This document shows positions 9,641 through 20,004 of a stretch of 64,000 bases of DNA, piece by piece. A program made the position numbers and the translations under genes. Every line of letters starts with the position of its first letter. Position 1 is the stretch's first letter. Under the pieces are notes generated by a model. It did not search any database and was not told the origin of the DNA. It saw nothing but the letters and a program-made list of their open reading frames with translations. Source of the DNA: an uncultured Chloroflexia bacterium (GTDB taxonomy: Bacteria > Chloroflexota > Limnocylindria > Limnocylindrales > CSP1-4); the NCBI GenBank assembly GCA_963828165.1, contig CAWHDR010000001.1:2560001-2624000 (forward strand), read 5' to 3'.

Positions 9641-10069
9641 GTGTTCACCGGCGAGTACCGGCACACGGTGGACGACAAGGGACGGATCGCCGTCCCTGCG
9701 AAGTTCCGCGTCCAGCTGGGCGCGGGCGCGGTCGTCTCGCGATGGCTTGACGCGTGTCTGGCCATCCATACCCAGGCCGGCTGGGACGAGCTCGCGGCGA
9801 AGGTCGCGGCGCTGCCCATCACGAGTGAAGCCTCCCGTCGGTTCCAGCAATTCGTGTTCGCCAACGCGGCGGAAGTCGAACTCGACCGGCAGGGGCGGGT
9901 CCTGCTGCCGGCGTATCTGCGAGACCACATCGGCCTCACCAACGAGGCGGTCGTCGTGGGCTCACGCGATCACGCGGAGATCTGGCTCCCGGCCACGTGG
10001 GCGACCTACGGCCAGGACCTTGACGACCCCCAGGAGCTGGCCCAGGCCTTCGAAGGGCTTGGCATCTAG
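9641..10069 (+). CDS. mraZ: Transcriptional regulator MraZ
   Basis: MFTGEYRHTVDDKGRIAVP and DRQGRVLLP repeats. Confidence 0.96.
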   Translation: MFTGEYRHTVDDKGRIAVPAKFRVQLGAGAVVSRWLDACLAIHTQAGWDELAAKVAALPITSEASRRFQQFVFANAAEVELDRQGRVLLPAYLRDHIGLTNEAVVVGSRDHAEIWLPATWATYGQDLDDPQELAQAFEGLGI

Positions 10070-10130
10070 CTCGCACGACATGCGCTTCCAGGGTCCGCTC
10101 GGGATCCGATCGGCGATAGGTGGAGGAAAG

Positions 10131-11078
10131 ATGGAGGCAACGCACATCCCGGTGCTGGCAGACGAGGTCATGTCGATGCTCGCGCCTGCCCCGGGGAGCC
10201 TCCAGATCGACGCCACCCTCGGCGGCGGTGGGCACACCGAGCGGATCCTGGAGGCGACCGACCCTGATGGCCGCCTCCTCGGTCTCGACGCCGATGGGGC
10301 GGCCATCGCCAGAGTGGACGGTCGCCTCCGCCCCCGTTTCGGGGATCGCCTGGTCCTGCGCCAGGCCAACTTCCGACAGCTCGCGACGATCGCCCGCGAG
10401 GCGGGCTTCGAGCGGGCAGACGGCGCCCTGTTCGACCTTGGCCTGTCCAGCGACCAGCTCGCCGACACCGAACGAGGTTTCGGCTTTCGGGCCGGCGGTC
10501 CGCTCGACATGCGGTTCGACACGCGGCGCGGCGTCCCCGCCAGCGAGCTGCTCGCGTCGCTCGACACCAACGAGCTGACGGCGCTCTTCCGACGCTACGG
10601 CGAGGAACCAAAGGCCGGCCGTATCGCGCGGGCCATCGTCGATGCCCGTCGAACCGCTCCGATCGCGACGGCCGAGGAGCTCGCGACCCTGATCGAGCGC
10701 GTCCTGCCGCCGAATCCGCGACAACCGCGTCGGACCCACCCAGCGACGCGCGTGTTCCAGGCCCTGCGGATCGCGGTCAACGAGGAGCTCGATGCCCTGG
10801 AAGCCGGGCTCGCGGCCGCCCTCGACCTGCTGCGCCCCGGTGGCCGCCTCGTGGTCCTGAGCTACCACTCCCTGGAGGACCGCATCGTCAAGCGCTTCCT
10901 CGCCGCCGAGCGGCGTGGCTGCGTCTGTCCCCCCGAGATCCCGGTCTGCGTCTGCGGCCGGAACCCCCGGCTGCGCCTCCTGACGCGCCCGTCGCTGACC
11001 CCGACGGCCGAGGAGATCGCCGCCAATCCTCGTGCCCGTAGCGCCCGGATGCGCGCAGCCGAGCGTCTCGCGGCATGA
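10131..11078 (+). CDS. rsmH: 16S rRNA m4C1402 methyltransferase
   Basis: HIPVL, DATLGGGGH, DLGLSS, PLDMR, HPATRVFQALRIAVN, SYHSLEDRIVK, NPRARSA; GGAGG RBS. Confidence 0.96.
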   Translation: MEATHIPVLADEVMSMLAPAPGSLQIDATLGGGGHTERILEATDPDGRLLGLDADGAAIARVDGRLRPRFGDRLVLRQANFRQLATIAREAGFERADGALFDLGLSSDQLADTERGFGFRAGGPLDMRFDTRRGVPASELLASLDTNELTALFRRYGEEPKAGRIARAIVDARRTAPIATAEELATLIERVLPPNPRQPRRTHPATRVFQALRIAVNEELDALEAGLAAALDLLRPGGRLVVLSYHSLEDRIVKRFLAAERRGCVCPPEIPVCVCGRNPRLRLLTRPSLTPTAEEIAANPRARSARMRAAERLAA

Positions 11079-11124
11079 ACCACCGAGCAAGCAACCACCC
11101 AGGAGCAGGACGGAGGAGCCCCCG

Positions 11125-11322
11125 ATGAGCAAGCGCCACCAGTCGAGCCGTCGCAAGTCGTACGGCCGCCGCCAGCACGAGGTGCGCGAGCGAAACGAGC
11201 GTTCGACCCACCATGACGCCGCGTCCTTCGAGCTGGACGAGTGGGGCGCCGCGGCGCCGTCGGATCCGCTGGCCTTCCTCGACCCGCGCTCACCGCGCTT
11301 CCGCTTCGCGCCGGGCGACTGA
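11125..11322 (+). CDS. Small hypothetical protein (65 aa) inside the dcw operon
   Basis: GGAGGAG RBS; fills the rsmH-ftsL gap; stop 2 nt before the ftsL start. Confidence 0.65.
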   Translation: MSKRHQSSRRKSYGRRQHEVRERNERSTHHDAASFELDEWGAAAPSDPLAFLDPRSPRFRFAPGD

Positions 11323-11324
11323 GC

Positions 11325-11705
11325 ATGGCCGTCTACGAGGGTGCCCGCCCACGAACGATCGCGCTGCCGCGCCGCCCGCGGACGGCCGACGCTCCGGCGC
11401 TGCCGCGTCGTCGGGCACGGCCGACGGTCCGCGCGCATCGCAGCTCGAGTAGGCCGGCGATCGTCCTGGGCGGTATCGCGGTCGCGTTCATGCTTGCCTT
11501 CTTCTCGCTGGCACAGGAGGTCCGCGTGTCGGCCACGAGCTATGACATCGGTCGCCTGCAGATCGACCAGGAGCGGCTGGAGGCCCGCCGTCAGGACCTC
11601 GCCTCCGACCTGAGCCGGCTGGGCCGTGAGCCCGCCGTCCGCAAACTCGCCCTGGATGGAGGCCTCGGCCAGCTCGGCCAGCCCGTCATCCTCCCGGCTC
11701 ACTGA
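11325..11705 (+). CDS. ftsL: FtsL-like cell division protein
   Basis: Basic N-tail, one TM helix, coiled coil; canonical position between rsmH and ftsI. Confidence 0.65.
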   Translation: MAVYEGARPRTIALPRRPRTADAPALPRRRARPTVRAHRSSSRPAIVLGGIAVAFMLAFFSLAQEVRVSATSYDIGRLQIDQERLEARRQDLASDLSRLGREPAVRKLALDGGLGQLGQPVILPAH

Positions 11706-11722
11706 TCGACCGAACGCCGACG

Positions 11723-13559
11723 ATGCTTGGCCGGACCAATTCCCGCCGCCGACTCCTGTTCCTTCTGGTCGTGTTCGGCGTGGGCTCGCTGGCCCTGGTC
11801 GCCCGGACCGTGTACTGGCAGGTCCTGCGCGGCGACGAGCTCACCGCCCGCGCCGCCGAGCAGACCTCGGTCCGCATCGAGATCGGCGGTCGCCGCGGCG
11901 ACATCTACGACCGGACGGGCACCGTGCTGCTGGCCACATCGGTGGCCCGCGACCGTCTCATCGCGGCCGCCGACCAGCTGACCCCCGTCCAGCAGCAGCG
12001 GACGGCGGACACCCTGGTTCGCCTCCTGGAGCTCGACGAGGCCGGAGCGGTCGACCTGCGAGCCAGGCTCGCCAGCGGCAAGCCCTACGTCATCCTCGCC
12101 CGCGGGATCGCTCCGGAGCTGTCCGAGCGCATCCGACAGGCGGGGAACGCCAAGCAGGTCGTCGGCATCTCGCTGGAGCCGGAGCCGGAGCGTGTGTATC
12201 CGCAGGAAGGCGGCGGACCCGGATCGACGCTGGCGGCGCACTTGCTGGGGTTCGTGAATCGCGAGAACGCGGGTCAATACGGGGTCGAGCAGTTCTACCA
12301 GGAGGACCTTGCCGGCGAGCCCCGCGTCCTCCTGGCGCAGCGGGACGCGGGCGGCCGACCAAGGTCGGAGACGTCCGTCGTGCAGGCGCCCGGGGTCCTC
12401 GGCGAGGATCTGCGGCTGACGATCGACGCGGGCCTGCAGCTCGCCCTCGAGCAGGAGTTGCTGGCGGCGTGGATCGCGGACGACGCCAAGAGCGCATCGG
12501 CCGTGGTCCTGGACCCCTACACCGGCGAGGTCTATGCGATGGCGACCTATCCGTCGTACGACGCCAACGACTATCGAGCCATCGCCGCCGCCGAGCCCGG
12601 CCGCTTCGTCGACCCGGTCGTGTCGAACGTGTACGAGCCCGGGTCCGTGTTCAAGATGATGACCGCGACCACGGCGCTCGAGGCCGGCACCGTGACCCGT
12701 ACGACCCGCATCAAGGACGTAGGCACGCTCCGGCTCGACGGTGGCGAGGCCAAGATCGACAACGCCGACCGCAAGGGCATGGGCTGGGTGACGTTCGAAG
12801 ACGGCATCGCCTACTCACGCAACGTGATCGCCGCGAAGGTCGCCCTCGGGCTGAGCGATTCGACGGCGGGATCTTCCGCGATGGTGTTCGATACCTGGCG
12901 GAAGCTCGGCTACGGCTCGCGAACGGGGATCGACGTCGCCGGCGAGGTCGGCGGGCTCCTGCGCGATCCGGCGAACGTGCCGTGGGCAGAGATCGACCTC
13001 GCGAACGCCGCGTTCGGCCAGGGCGTGGCAGTCACCCCGATCCAGCTTGCGAGCGCGTTCGCCACGATCATCAACGGCGGGACGACGATCAAGCCCCATG
13101 TGGTCCAGGGCATCGGCTCGCACGACGTCGCGGTGACGCCCGGTAACCAGGTCGTGAAGCCTGCCGTGGCCAAGAAGGTTCGAAAGCTGATGGACCACGT
13201 GGTGAAGGAAGTCCCGTTCTATCGCGACCGGACCATCGTCCCGGGCTACCACGTCGGGGGCAAGACGGGCACCGCGCAGATCTGGGACGCCAAGGCCAAC
13301 AAGGGCCGTGGCGCGTGGAAACACAACCTCTTCAACTACTCGTTCGTCGGATACATCGCCCGCAAGAGCGACACGCCGGACCTCGTGGTGGCCGTCCGCA
13401 TCGAAGAAGGCACACCGTCGGTCGCTCGTGTCGGCCAGTTGGAGATGCCCGTGATGTCGTTCGAGCTGTTCCGCCGGATCGCCACCGACGCGATCACCAC
13501 GCCCGATCTCCTCGCCGAATCGGCCGTCGACCTCCACGCCCAGCGCCGCCGACCGGTGA
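11723..13559 (+). CDS. ftsI: Class B penicillin-binding protein (FtsI/PBP3-like); stop masked by a probable indel
   Basis: RGDIYDRTG, SxxK (GSVFK), SRN and KTG motifs. Removing one C near 13534 gives ...DLTPSAADR* at TGA 13557-13559. Confidence 0.85.
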
Positions 13560-13585
13560 GTGGCGGCTATGCGACACTGCCGCGC

Positions 13586-15023
13586 GTGACCGACGTCGAC
13601 TCGTCGACCCCGGCGCCGTCCGACGCCGCGGCGCCCGCCCTCACGGCCGACGACCTCCTCCGCCACACCGGTGGCCGATTGCTGGCCCGCTCTTCCCGTC
13701 CGATCCGCGGTGGCGCCGTGGATTCGCGCCTGGTCGCCCCGGGCAATCTCTTTGTCGCGCTTCCCGGCGAGCGCACCGATGGTCACGACCACCTGCCCGA
13801 GGCCATCGCGCGTGGCGCCACGGCCGTGCTCGTGACTCGCCCGGTGGAGGATGCGGCTGCCCTCGGCGACTGTGACGGTCGTGCGCGTGGCCGATGGGCA
13901 GGCGGCCCTCGGCGCCGTCGCCGCCGGCTGGCGCCGCCGGTTCATGCCACTCGTGGTCGGCATCACCGGCAGCATCGCCAAGACCTCGACCAAGGAGGCG
14001 GCCGCCGCGGTCCTGGGAGCGGCCCGGCGGACGCTGCGGACCGAGGGCAACATGAACAACGAGATCGGGCTGCCGCTGACGCTCCTGCGGCTCGGTCCGG
14101 AACATGAAGCCGCCGTCCTCGAGATGGGGATGTACGTCGGCGGCGAGATCGCCGAGCTGGCCGCGATGGCCATGCCGTCGATCGGGGTGGTGACGGCCGT
14201 CCAGCCGGTGCACCTGTCGCGGATCGGGTCGCTCGATGCGGTCGAGCAGGCCAAGGGTGAGCTGCTCGAGGCCCTTCCAGCGGGCGGCACGGCCATCCTC
14301 AACGACGACGATCCGATCGTGGCGCGGATGGATGGCCGATCGGTGGCGCGAGCCCTGCGTTACGGCTTTGCCGATACCGCGCAGGTGCGCGCCGAGGCCG
14401 TCACGAGCGCCGGTGTCGACGGGATGCGCTTCCAGTTGAGGACACCAGCCGGGGAGCGCCCGGTGGCAATCCCGGTGCTGGGTCGTCTGTCAGTGCACAA
14501 CGCGCTGGCCGGTGCTGCGGTCGGTATCGCGGCCGGGGTCGACCTTGACACGATCGTGGCAGCGCTCCAGGGCGGCTGGGCCGCGCCACATCGCGCCGAG
14601 CTCGTGCAGCTGCGCGGCGCGACGATCGTCGACGACAGCTACAACGCGTCACCGGGTTCGGTGCTGGCCGCCCTGGACCTGCTCGCCGGGATGCCCGGTC
14701 GCCGGGTCGCCGTCCTCGGCACGATGCTCGAGCTCGGCGATGGTCACGGTGCGGGGCACGTATCGGTCGGCGAGGCCGCGGGCGGGACGGTCGAGCTGCT
14801 CGTGGTCGTGGGGCCCGAGGCCTCTGGGATCGTGGAAGGTGCCCGAACGGCCGGTCTGGACGCCGCGCGGATCCATCACGTCGAGGATGTCGAGGGGGCC
14901 CTGGACGTACTGCGCCCGCGTCTGCGTGACGGCGACACCGTCCTCGTCAAGGCATCGCGCGGCGTCGGGCTGGACCGCGTGGTCGACGCCCTCCGCCTCG
15001 AGCTCGGGGAGCGCCCGCGATGA
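13586..15023 (+). CDS. murF: UDP-MurNAc-tripeptide:D-Ala-D-Ala ligase; one apparent frameshift at ~13871
   Basis: DSR...LFVALPGERTDGH in one frame; GITGSIAKT, NNEIGLP, EMGM, DDSYNA, MLELG and VKASRG in the next; an extra T at 13871 explains the shift. Confidence 0.88.
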
Positions 15024-16003
15024 CCGTGGAGCTCATCCAGGGGCTGCTGCTCGCGTTCGCGCTCGTCGTCATCCTCATGCCGCCGTATATCCGCCTCCTG
15101 CAGGCCCTCGGGTTCGGAAAGCGGATCCGGGAGGATGGCCCCGAGACCCACTACGTCAAGGAAGGCACGCCGACGATGGGCGGCCTGCTGATCGTCCTCG
15201 TGGTCCTGGGGATCTTCCTCTTCCTGCGCGAGCCGGGCCCTGACACCTTCGCGCCACTGGCCGCGCTGGCCGGAGTCGGCCTGCTCGGCGCCTTCGACGA
15301 CTACCTCAATGCACGGACGGGGGAGGGGATCCGGGCCCGCCAGAAGCTCATCTGGTTGACGGTCGTGGCCTTCGTCGCGGCCTGGCAGATCCAGCAGACC
15401 TACGAGATCACGGCCATCGCCGTGCCATTCGTCGGCGCCGTCCCGATCGAGCCGTGGCTGTACGTCCTGTTCGGGGCATTCGCGATCATCGCCGCCTCGA
15501 ACGGGGTCAACCTGACCGACGGGCTCGATGGCCTGTCTGGTGGCACGGTGGCCATCGCCTTCGTCGCGTACCTGCTGATCGCGCTCCTCAACCAGCCCAC
15601 GCAGACCGACCTTGCCCTTTTGTGCGCGCTCATCATCGGGGCGCTGCTCGGGTTCCTCTGGTTCAACGTGCATCCGGCCCAGGTCTTCATCGGGGACTCG
15701 GGGGCGCTGTCGCTCGGGGCGACCCTCGCCGTGACCGCGCTCATCACCGGCCAGATCCTCGTCCTGCCGCTGATCGGGATCATCTTCGTCGTCGAGACAG
15801 CGTCGGTGATCCTGCAGGTCGCGTACTTCCGGTTCAGCGGCGGGAAGCGGCTGTTCCGGATGAGCCCCATCCACCACCACTTCGAGCTTGGCGGCTGGGA
15901 CGAGGAGAAGATCACGATCCGCTTCTGGATCGTCGGGATCCTGGCGGCCCTGCTGGGCGTGACGCTGTTCCTTGCGACGCTCCAGCCGGATCGGCTGACG
16001 TGA
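15020..16003 (+). CDS. mraY: Phospho-MurNAc-pentapeptide transferase
   Basis: KEGTPTMGG, DDY, NLTDGLDGL, FIGDSG, PIHHHFE. Confidence 0.96.
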   Translation: MTVELIQGLLLAFALVVILMPPYIRLLQALGFGKRIREDGPETHYVKEGTPTMGGLLIVLVVLGIFLFLREPGPDTFAPLAALAGVGLLGAFDDYLNARTGEGIRARQKLIWLTVVAFVAAWQIQQTYEITAIAVPFVGAVPIEPWLYVLFGAFAIIAASNGVNLTDGLDGLSGGTVAIAFVAYLLIALLNQPTQTDLALLCALIIGALLGFLWFNVHPAQVFIGDSGALSLGATLAVTALITGQILVLPLIGIIFVVETASVILQVAYFRFSGGKRLFRMSPIHHHFELGGWDEEKITIRFWIVGILAALLGVTLFLATLQPDRLT

Positions 16004-16017
16004 CGGGCGGCGTGACG

Positions 16018-17595
16018 ATGCCTCCACGCACGATCGAGCCGGACGCCCTCACGATGGCGGCCATCCGGGACGGGCTGTTGCGCGCGGCCCCCGTGACCGT
16101 GCTTGGCCTGGCCAGGAGCGGGATCGCCCTGGCTCGCTTCCTGACCGATGCCGGGGCGCGCGTCACCGTGTACGACGGGCGGCCGGCCTCCGACCTCGCC
16201 GAGGCGATCGCGGCACTCGACGGCCGTGACGTGACCCTCGTGCTCGGGCCGGCCGTGGAGCCCGCACGTTCATGGGCGGATGCCGCGCTCGTCACGACGT
16301 CGCCATCGATCAACCCGGACTACCCGACGACGGAGCCGCGCCTGCGCGAGGCCCTGACGGCCCTGGTCGCGGCCCGTGCCCACGGTGATCCCAGCGCGCC
16401 GGCCCTCGTGTCCGAGCCCGACCTCTTCCTGCGCCTGTGCGAGGCCCCGACCATCGGCGTGACCGGCACGAAGGGCAAGACGACGACGGCGTCGCTGACC
16501 GCGGCGATCCTCAGCGCCGACCCGGCCCACCCCGTGGTCCTCGGGGGGAACATCGGCATCCCGATCGTCGAGCGGCTCGGCGAGCTGACGGCGGACCATC
16601 GCGTCGTCTACGAGCTGTCCGAGCTGCAGCTCCCGACGCTGTCACAGGGAACGACCGTCGCCGTCTACACGAACGTCACCTCCGACCACCTGGACCGCCA
16701 CGGCTCGCTCGGCGCGTACCGGGCGGTCAAGCGGCGGCTGGCCGAGCTCGTGGCGCCTGACGGTGCGCTCGTCCTCAACGCCGAGGACCCGGTGGTCGCG
16801 GATTACGCGGGCCTCGGGCTCGCCACGGCCGTGCTGTACCGGCGCGACCGACCACTCCCCGGTGGCGTCGGCGTCGTGGACGGCTGGATCGTGGCGAACG
16901 GCGTGGAGCGGCTCCCCCTGGCGGGCGGCGACACGGCGTCCACCGGACCGGACGGTCGGATCATGCCGTTCGCGGATCTGAGCGTGCCGGGAGCGCATAA
17001 CGTGTCCAACGCGCTGGCGGCCGTGGCTGTCGGACTCCTGTTCGGCGTCGAGCCGGACGCGATCCGGGAGGCCGCCTCGGCGTTCGAGGGCGTCGAGCAT
17101 CGGCTCGAAGCCGTCGCGAACATCGATGGCGTGCGCTTCGTGAACGACTCGCAGGGCACCCAGCCGGACGCGGTCATCGCCGCGCTCCGGGCCTTCGAAC
17201 CCCCGCTCGTGCTGATCGCCGGTGGGCGCGACAAGGGCGTCGATCTCGATGAGCTGGCCGCAGTCGTCGCCGAGCGAGCCGTTGCGGCCGTCGTCATCGG
17301 CGAGACCGGCCCCGACCTCGAGCGGCGCTTCCGCGCCGCCGGTCTCGAGCAGGTGGAACGCGCGACCTCCATGGATGACGCGGTGGCGCGCGCGGACGCG
17401 CTCGCGCGCGAGGCGCTCCCACGGGACGCATCGCTGGCCCACGCGCAGGGCGATCCGCCCGCGGGCCCGGCGACGGTCCTGCTCAGCCCGGCCGCCGCAA
17501 GTTTCGACATGTTCCCCGACTACGCCGCCCGTGGACGGGCGTTCAAGGACGCCGTCGCGGCACTCGCGGCGACCCGAGCCCGGAGGGACCGATGA
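16018..17595 (+). CDS. murD: UDP-MurNAc-L-Ala:D-Glu ligase
   Basis: GLARSG, TGTKGKTTT, GGNIG, DHLDRH, GVEHRLE, GGRDKG, LLSPAAASFDMF; alternative GTG start at 16000. Confidence 0.92.
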   Translation: MPPRTIEPDALTMAAIRDGLLRAAPVTVLGLARSGIALARFLTDAGARVTVYDGRPASDLAEAIAALDGRDVTLVLGPAVEPARSWADAALVTTSPSINPDYPTTEPRLREALTALVAARAHGDPSAPALVSEPDLFLRLCEAPTIGVTGTKGKTTTASLTAAILSADPAHPVVLGGNIGIPIVERLGELTADHRVVYELSELQLPTLSQGTTVAVYTNVTSDHLDRHGSLGAYRAVKRRLAELVAPDGALVLNAEDPVVADYAGLGLATAVLYRRDRPLPGGVGVVDGWIVANGVERLPLAGGDTASTGPDGRIMPFADLSVPGAHNVSNALAAVAVGLLFGVEPDAIREAASAFEGVEHRLEAVANIDGVRFVNDSQGTQPDAVIAALRAFEPPLVLIAGGRDKGVDLDELAAVVAERAVAAVVIGETGPDLERRFRAAGLEQVERATSMDDAVARADALAREALPRDASLAHAQGDPPAGPATVLLSPAAASFDMFPDYAARGRAFKDAVAALAATRARRDR

Positions 17596-18938
17596 ACCTC
17601 GCGCCGCCGATCCCGCGTTTCGGCCGTGGCCCGGCGGACCCGGATGTGACCCCCGATCGAACGCGCGCGCGCGACGTCCGCGACGTCCGCCGGTCCGCGA
17701 ACCGGACACCGGTCAAGAACCCGACCCAGGTCCTGCAGCGGGAACGGCACGACCCCGACTACCTGATCCTCATGCTGGTCGTGGCGCTGACCGCGGTCGG
17801 GATCCTGATGGTCTACTCCTCGTCGGCGATGCGCGGCTACGTGTCAGCGGACGCCGACACGTTCGCGACCGTCGGCCCGCAGATCCAGTGGGCCGTACTG
17901 GGGCTCATCGCGATGGCGGCGATGATGCGGGTCGACTACCGCTACCTGCGTCTCGTGTCGGTCCCGTTCCTCCTCGTATCGCTGGCGCTGCTCGTGCTCG
18001 TATTCGTGCCCGACTACAACATCGTCGTCGGCGGCTCCGCCCGCTGGCTCCGGCTGCCGGGTCTCCCGGCCGTCCACCCGGCAGAGATCGCGAAGCTCGC
18101 CATGGTCATCTACCTCGCCCACTGGTTCGCGAAGCGGGGCACGAAGGTGGGTGGATTCTGGACCGGCACCGTGCCGTTCCTGATCGTCCTCGCCCCGGTG
18201 CTCGCCCTCGTGTTCAAGGAGCCGGACCTCGGCACGACGACGGTCATCGCGCTGACCGGCTTCACGATGTTCTTCGTCGCCGGCGCGAACCTCTTCCATC
18301 TCGCGGCGATGGGCTCAGCGGCCTTCATGGCGATGATCGTGGTGGGATTGCGCGGCTACCAGATGGACCGCATCCGGACCTGGCTGGATCCGTGGACCGA
18401 TCCGCTCGGTGACGGGTTCCACACGGTCCAGGGCCTGCTGGCGCTCGGTGCCGGTGGGATCCTCGGGCGCGGGCTCGGCCAGAGCATGATCGCGGTCCCG
18501 AATGCCTTCAACGACTTCATCTTCGCGGAGATCGGCCAGGAATTCGGACTCGTCGGGGCGGTCGTCGTCATCGGGCTGTTCCTGCTCCTCGCCTACAGCG
18601 GCATCCGGGTGGCGCTGGCCGCGCCGGACACGTTCGGGGCGCTCCTGGCGTCCGGGATCACGGCGTGGCTCTGTCTCCAGGCGTTCATCAACATCGCGGT
18701 GGTGGTCACACTGGTGCCGATCACCGGCATCACGTTGCCGTTCATCAGTGCTGGCGGCTCATCCCTCATCATCAGCTTCGCCGCGGTCGGGATCCTGCTC
18801 TCGATCTCGCGCGAGACCATCGAAAGGGGCACCTGGAACGACGATGCGAGTGCTGATCGCCGGCGGCGGGACGGGCGGGCACATCTACCCGGCGCTGGCC
18901 GTCGCCCGGTCGCTGCGCGCTCGACCGGGCGCCGCTGA
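17592..18938 (+). CDS. ftsW: SEDS peptidoglycan glycosyltransferase
   Basis: MVYSSS, GSARW, PAEIAK, EPDLG, DFIFA, TGITLPFISAGGSS. Confidence 0.94.
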   Translation: MNLAPPIPRFGRGPADPDVTPDRTRARDVRDVRRSANRTPVKNPTQVLQRERHDPDYLILMLVVALTAVGILMVYSSSAMRGYVSADADTFATVGPQIQWAVLGLIAMAAMMRVDYRYLRLVSVPFLLVSLALLVLVFVPDYNIVVGGSARWLRLPGLPAVHPAEIAKLAMVIYLAHWFAKRGTKVGGFWTGTVPFLIVLAPVLALVFKEPDLGTTTVIALTGFTMFFVAGANLFHLAAMGSAAFMAMIVVGLRGYQMDRIRTWLDPWTDPLGDGFHTVQGLLALGAGGILGRGLGQSMIAVPNAFNDFIFAEIGQEFGLVGAVVVIGLFLLLAYSGIRVALAAPDTFGALLASGITAWLCLQAFINIAVVVTLVPITGITLPFISAGGSSLIISFAAVGILLSISRETIERGTWNDDASADRRRRDGRAHLPGAGRRPVAARSTGRR

Positions 18939-20004
18939 GCTCTCCTGGCTCGGCGGCCATCGCGGGCTCGAGGCGAGCATCGTGCCGGCGGCCGGGATCC
19001 CGTTCCGCCGGCTCGCCCTCCGTTCCTTGCGGACCGTGGACCTCGGCGTGCACGCGCTGCTCGACCCGCTGCGTCTCGGGGCTTCGGTCCCGCAGGCCGG
19101 CGCGATCCTCGCCGCCCACCGTCCTGATGCGATCTTCACGACCGGCGGCTACGTGGCCGTCCCCGTCCTTCTCGCCGCAGCGCCACTCGGCATCCCGGTC
19201 GTGCTGTGGGACGGCAACGTGATCCCGGGTCGTGCCGTGCGGGCGACTGCGCGCCTCGCCGACGTGCTGGCCGTGTCCTTCGAGGCCACCTGTGTGGCCC
19301 TGGAGTCCAGCGCGCCCGGGCGTCCCTGCTACGTCACCGGGACCCCGATCCGCGACACGCGCGAGCTGGACCGCGACGAGGCCCGCACGCGGCTGGGCGT
19401 GCCGTCCGGGCTCCGGGTGCTCCTGATCTTCGGCGGGTCGCAGGCGGTCCGCCGCTTCAACGGCGCGGTGGCGGCGGCGTTGCCACGTCTCGTCGAGCGG
19501 GTGGCCGTCATCCATGTGACTGGTGAGGACGGTTACGCGGCCGCCCTCACGGCCCGCGAGGCCCTGCCCGAGGATCGGCGCGATCGCTACCGGCCGCACC
19601 CGTTCCTGCGCGACGACATGCTGGCGGCACTTGCCGCCGCGGATCTCGTCGTGGGTCGGGCCGGGTCCTCGACGCTGGCGGAAGTGACCGCCCTGGGCGT
19701 GCCCAGCGTCATCGTCCCGTACCCGCACGCCGCCGGCCACCAGCGTGCCAATGCGCGCGCGCTCGTGGACGCGGGCGCGGCCCGACTGGTCGACGACGAG
19801 GCGTTCGATGCCGGCGCGCTGCTCGACGCCGCGGCGCTGCTCGACGACCCGGTCGCGCACCTCGAGATGGCCGCCGCGGCACGCGCGCTCGGGCGGCCCG
19901 GGTCGGCGGACGCCGTCGCCGACCTCGTGCTCGCGGCGGCGGCCCGTGAGCCGCTGCCCGACCGCGCCGTCATCGAACGGCGGGCTCGCGGGTCCACCGC
20001 GTGA
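18844..20004 (+). CDS. murG: Lipid II N-acetylglucosaminyl transferase
   Basis: MRVLIAGGGTGGHIYP, TGGY, FGGSQ, RAGSST, HQRANA; overlaps the ftsW 3' end by 95 nt. Confidence 0.94.
   Translation: MRVLIAGGGTGGHIYPALAVARSLRARPGAAELSWLGGHRGLEASIVPAAGIPFRRLALRSLRTVDLGVHALLDPLRLGASVPQAGAILAAHRPDAIFTTGGYVAVPVLLAAAPLGIPVVLWDGNVIPGRAVRATARLADVLAVSFEATCVALESSAPGRPCYVTGTPIRDTRELDRDEARTRLGVPSGLRVLLIFGGSQAVRRFNGAVAAALPRLVERVAVIHVTGEDGYAAALTAREALPEDRRDRYRPHPFLRDDMLAALAAADLVVGRAGSSTLAEVTALGVPSVIVPYPHAAGHQRANARALVDAGAARLVDDEAFDAGALLDAAALLDDPVAHLEMAAAARALGRPGSADAVADLVLAAAAREPLPDRAVIERRARGSTA

Noticed and set aside
11723-14107. Apparent FtsI-MurF fusion in the ORF track
   Set aside because: Removing one C near 13534 gives a natural stop at 13557-13559, and murF has its own GTG at 13586. 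An extracytoplasmic PBP domain fused to a cytoplasmic ligase is topologically implausible, and other indels are nearby.
18844-18938. 95-nt ftsW/murG overlap as possible dual coding
   Set aside because: The FtsW tail in the overlap is low-complexity read-through sequence; such overlaps are common in high-GC dcw clusters.
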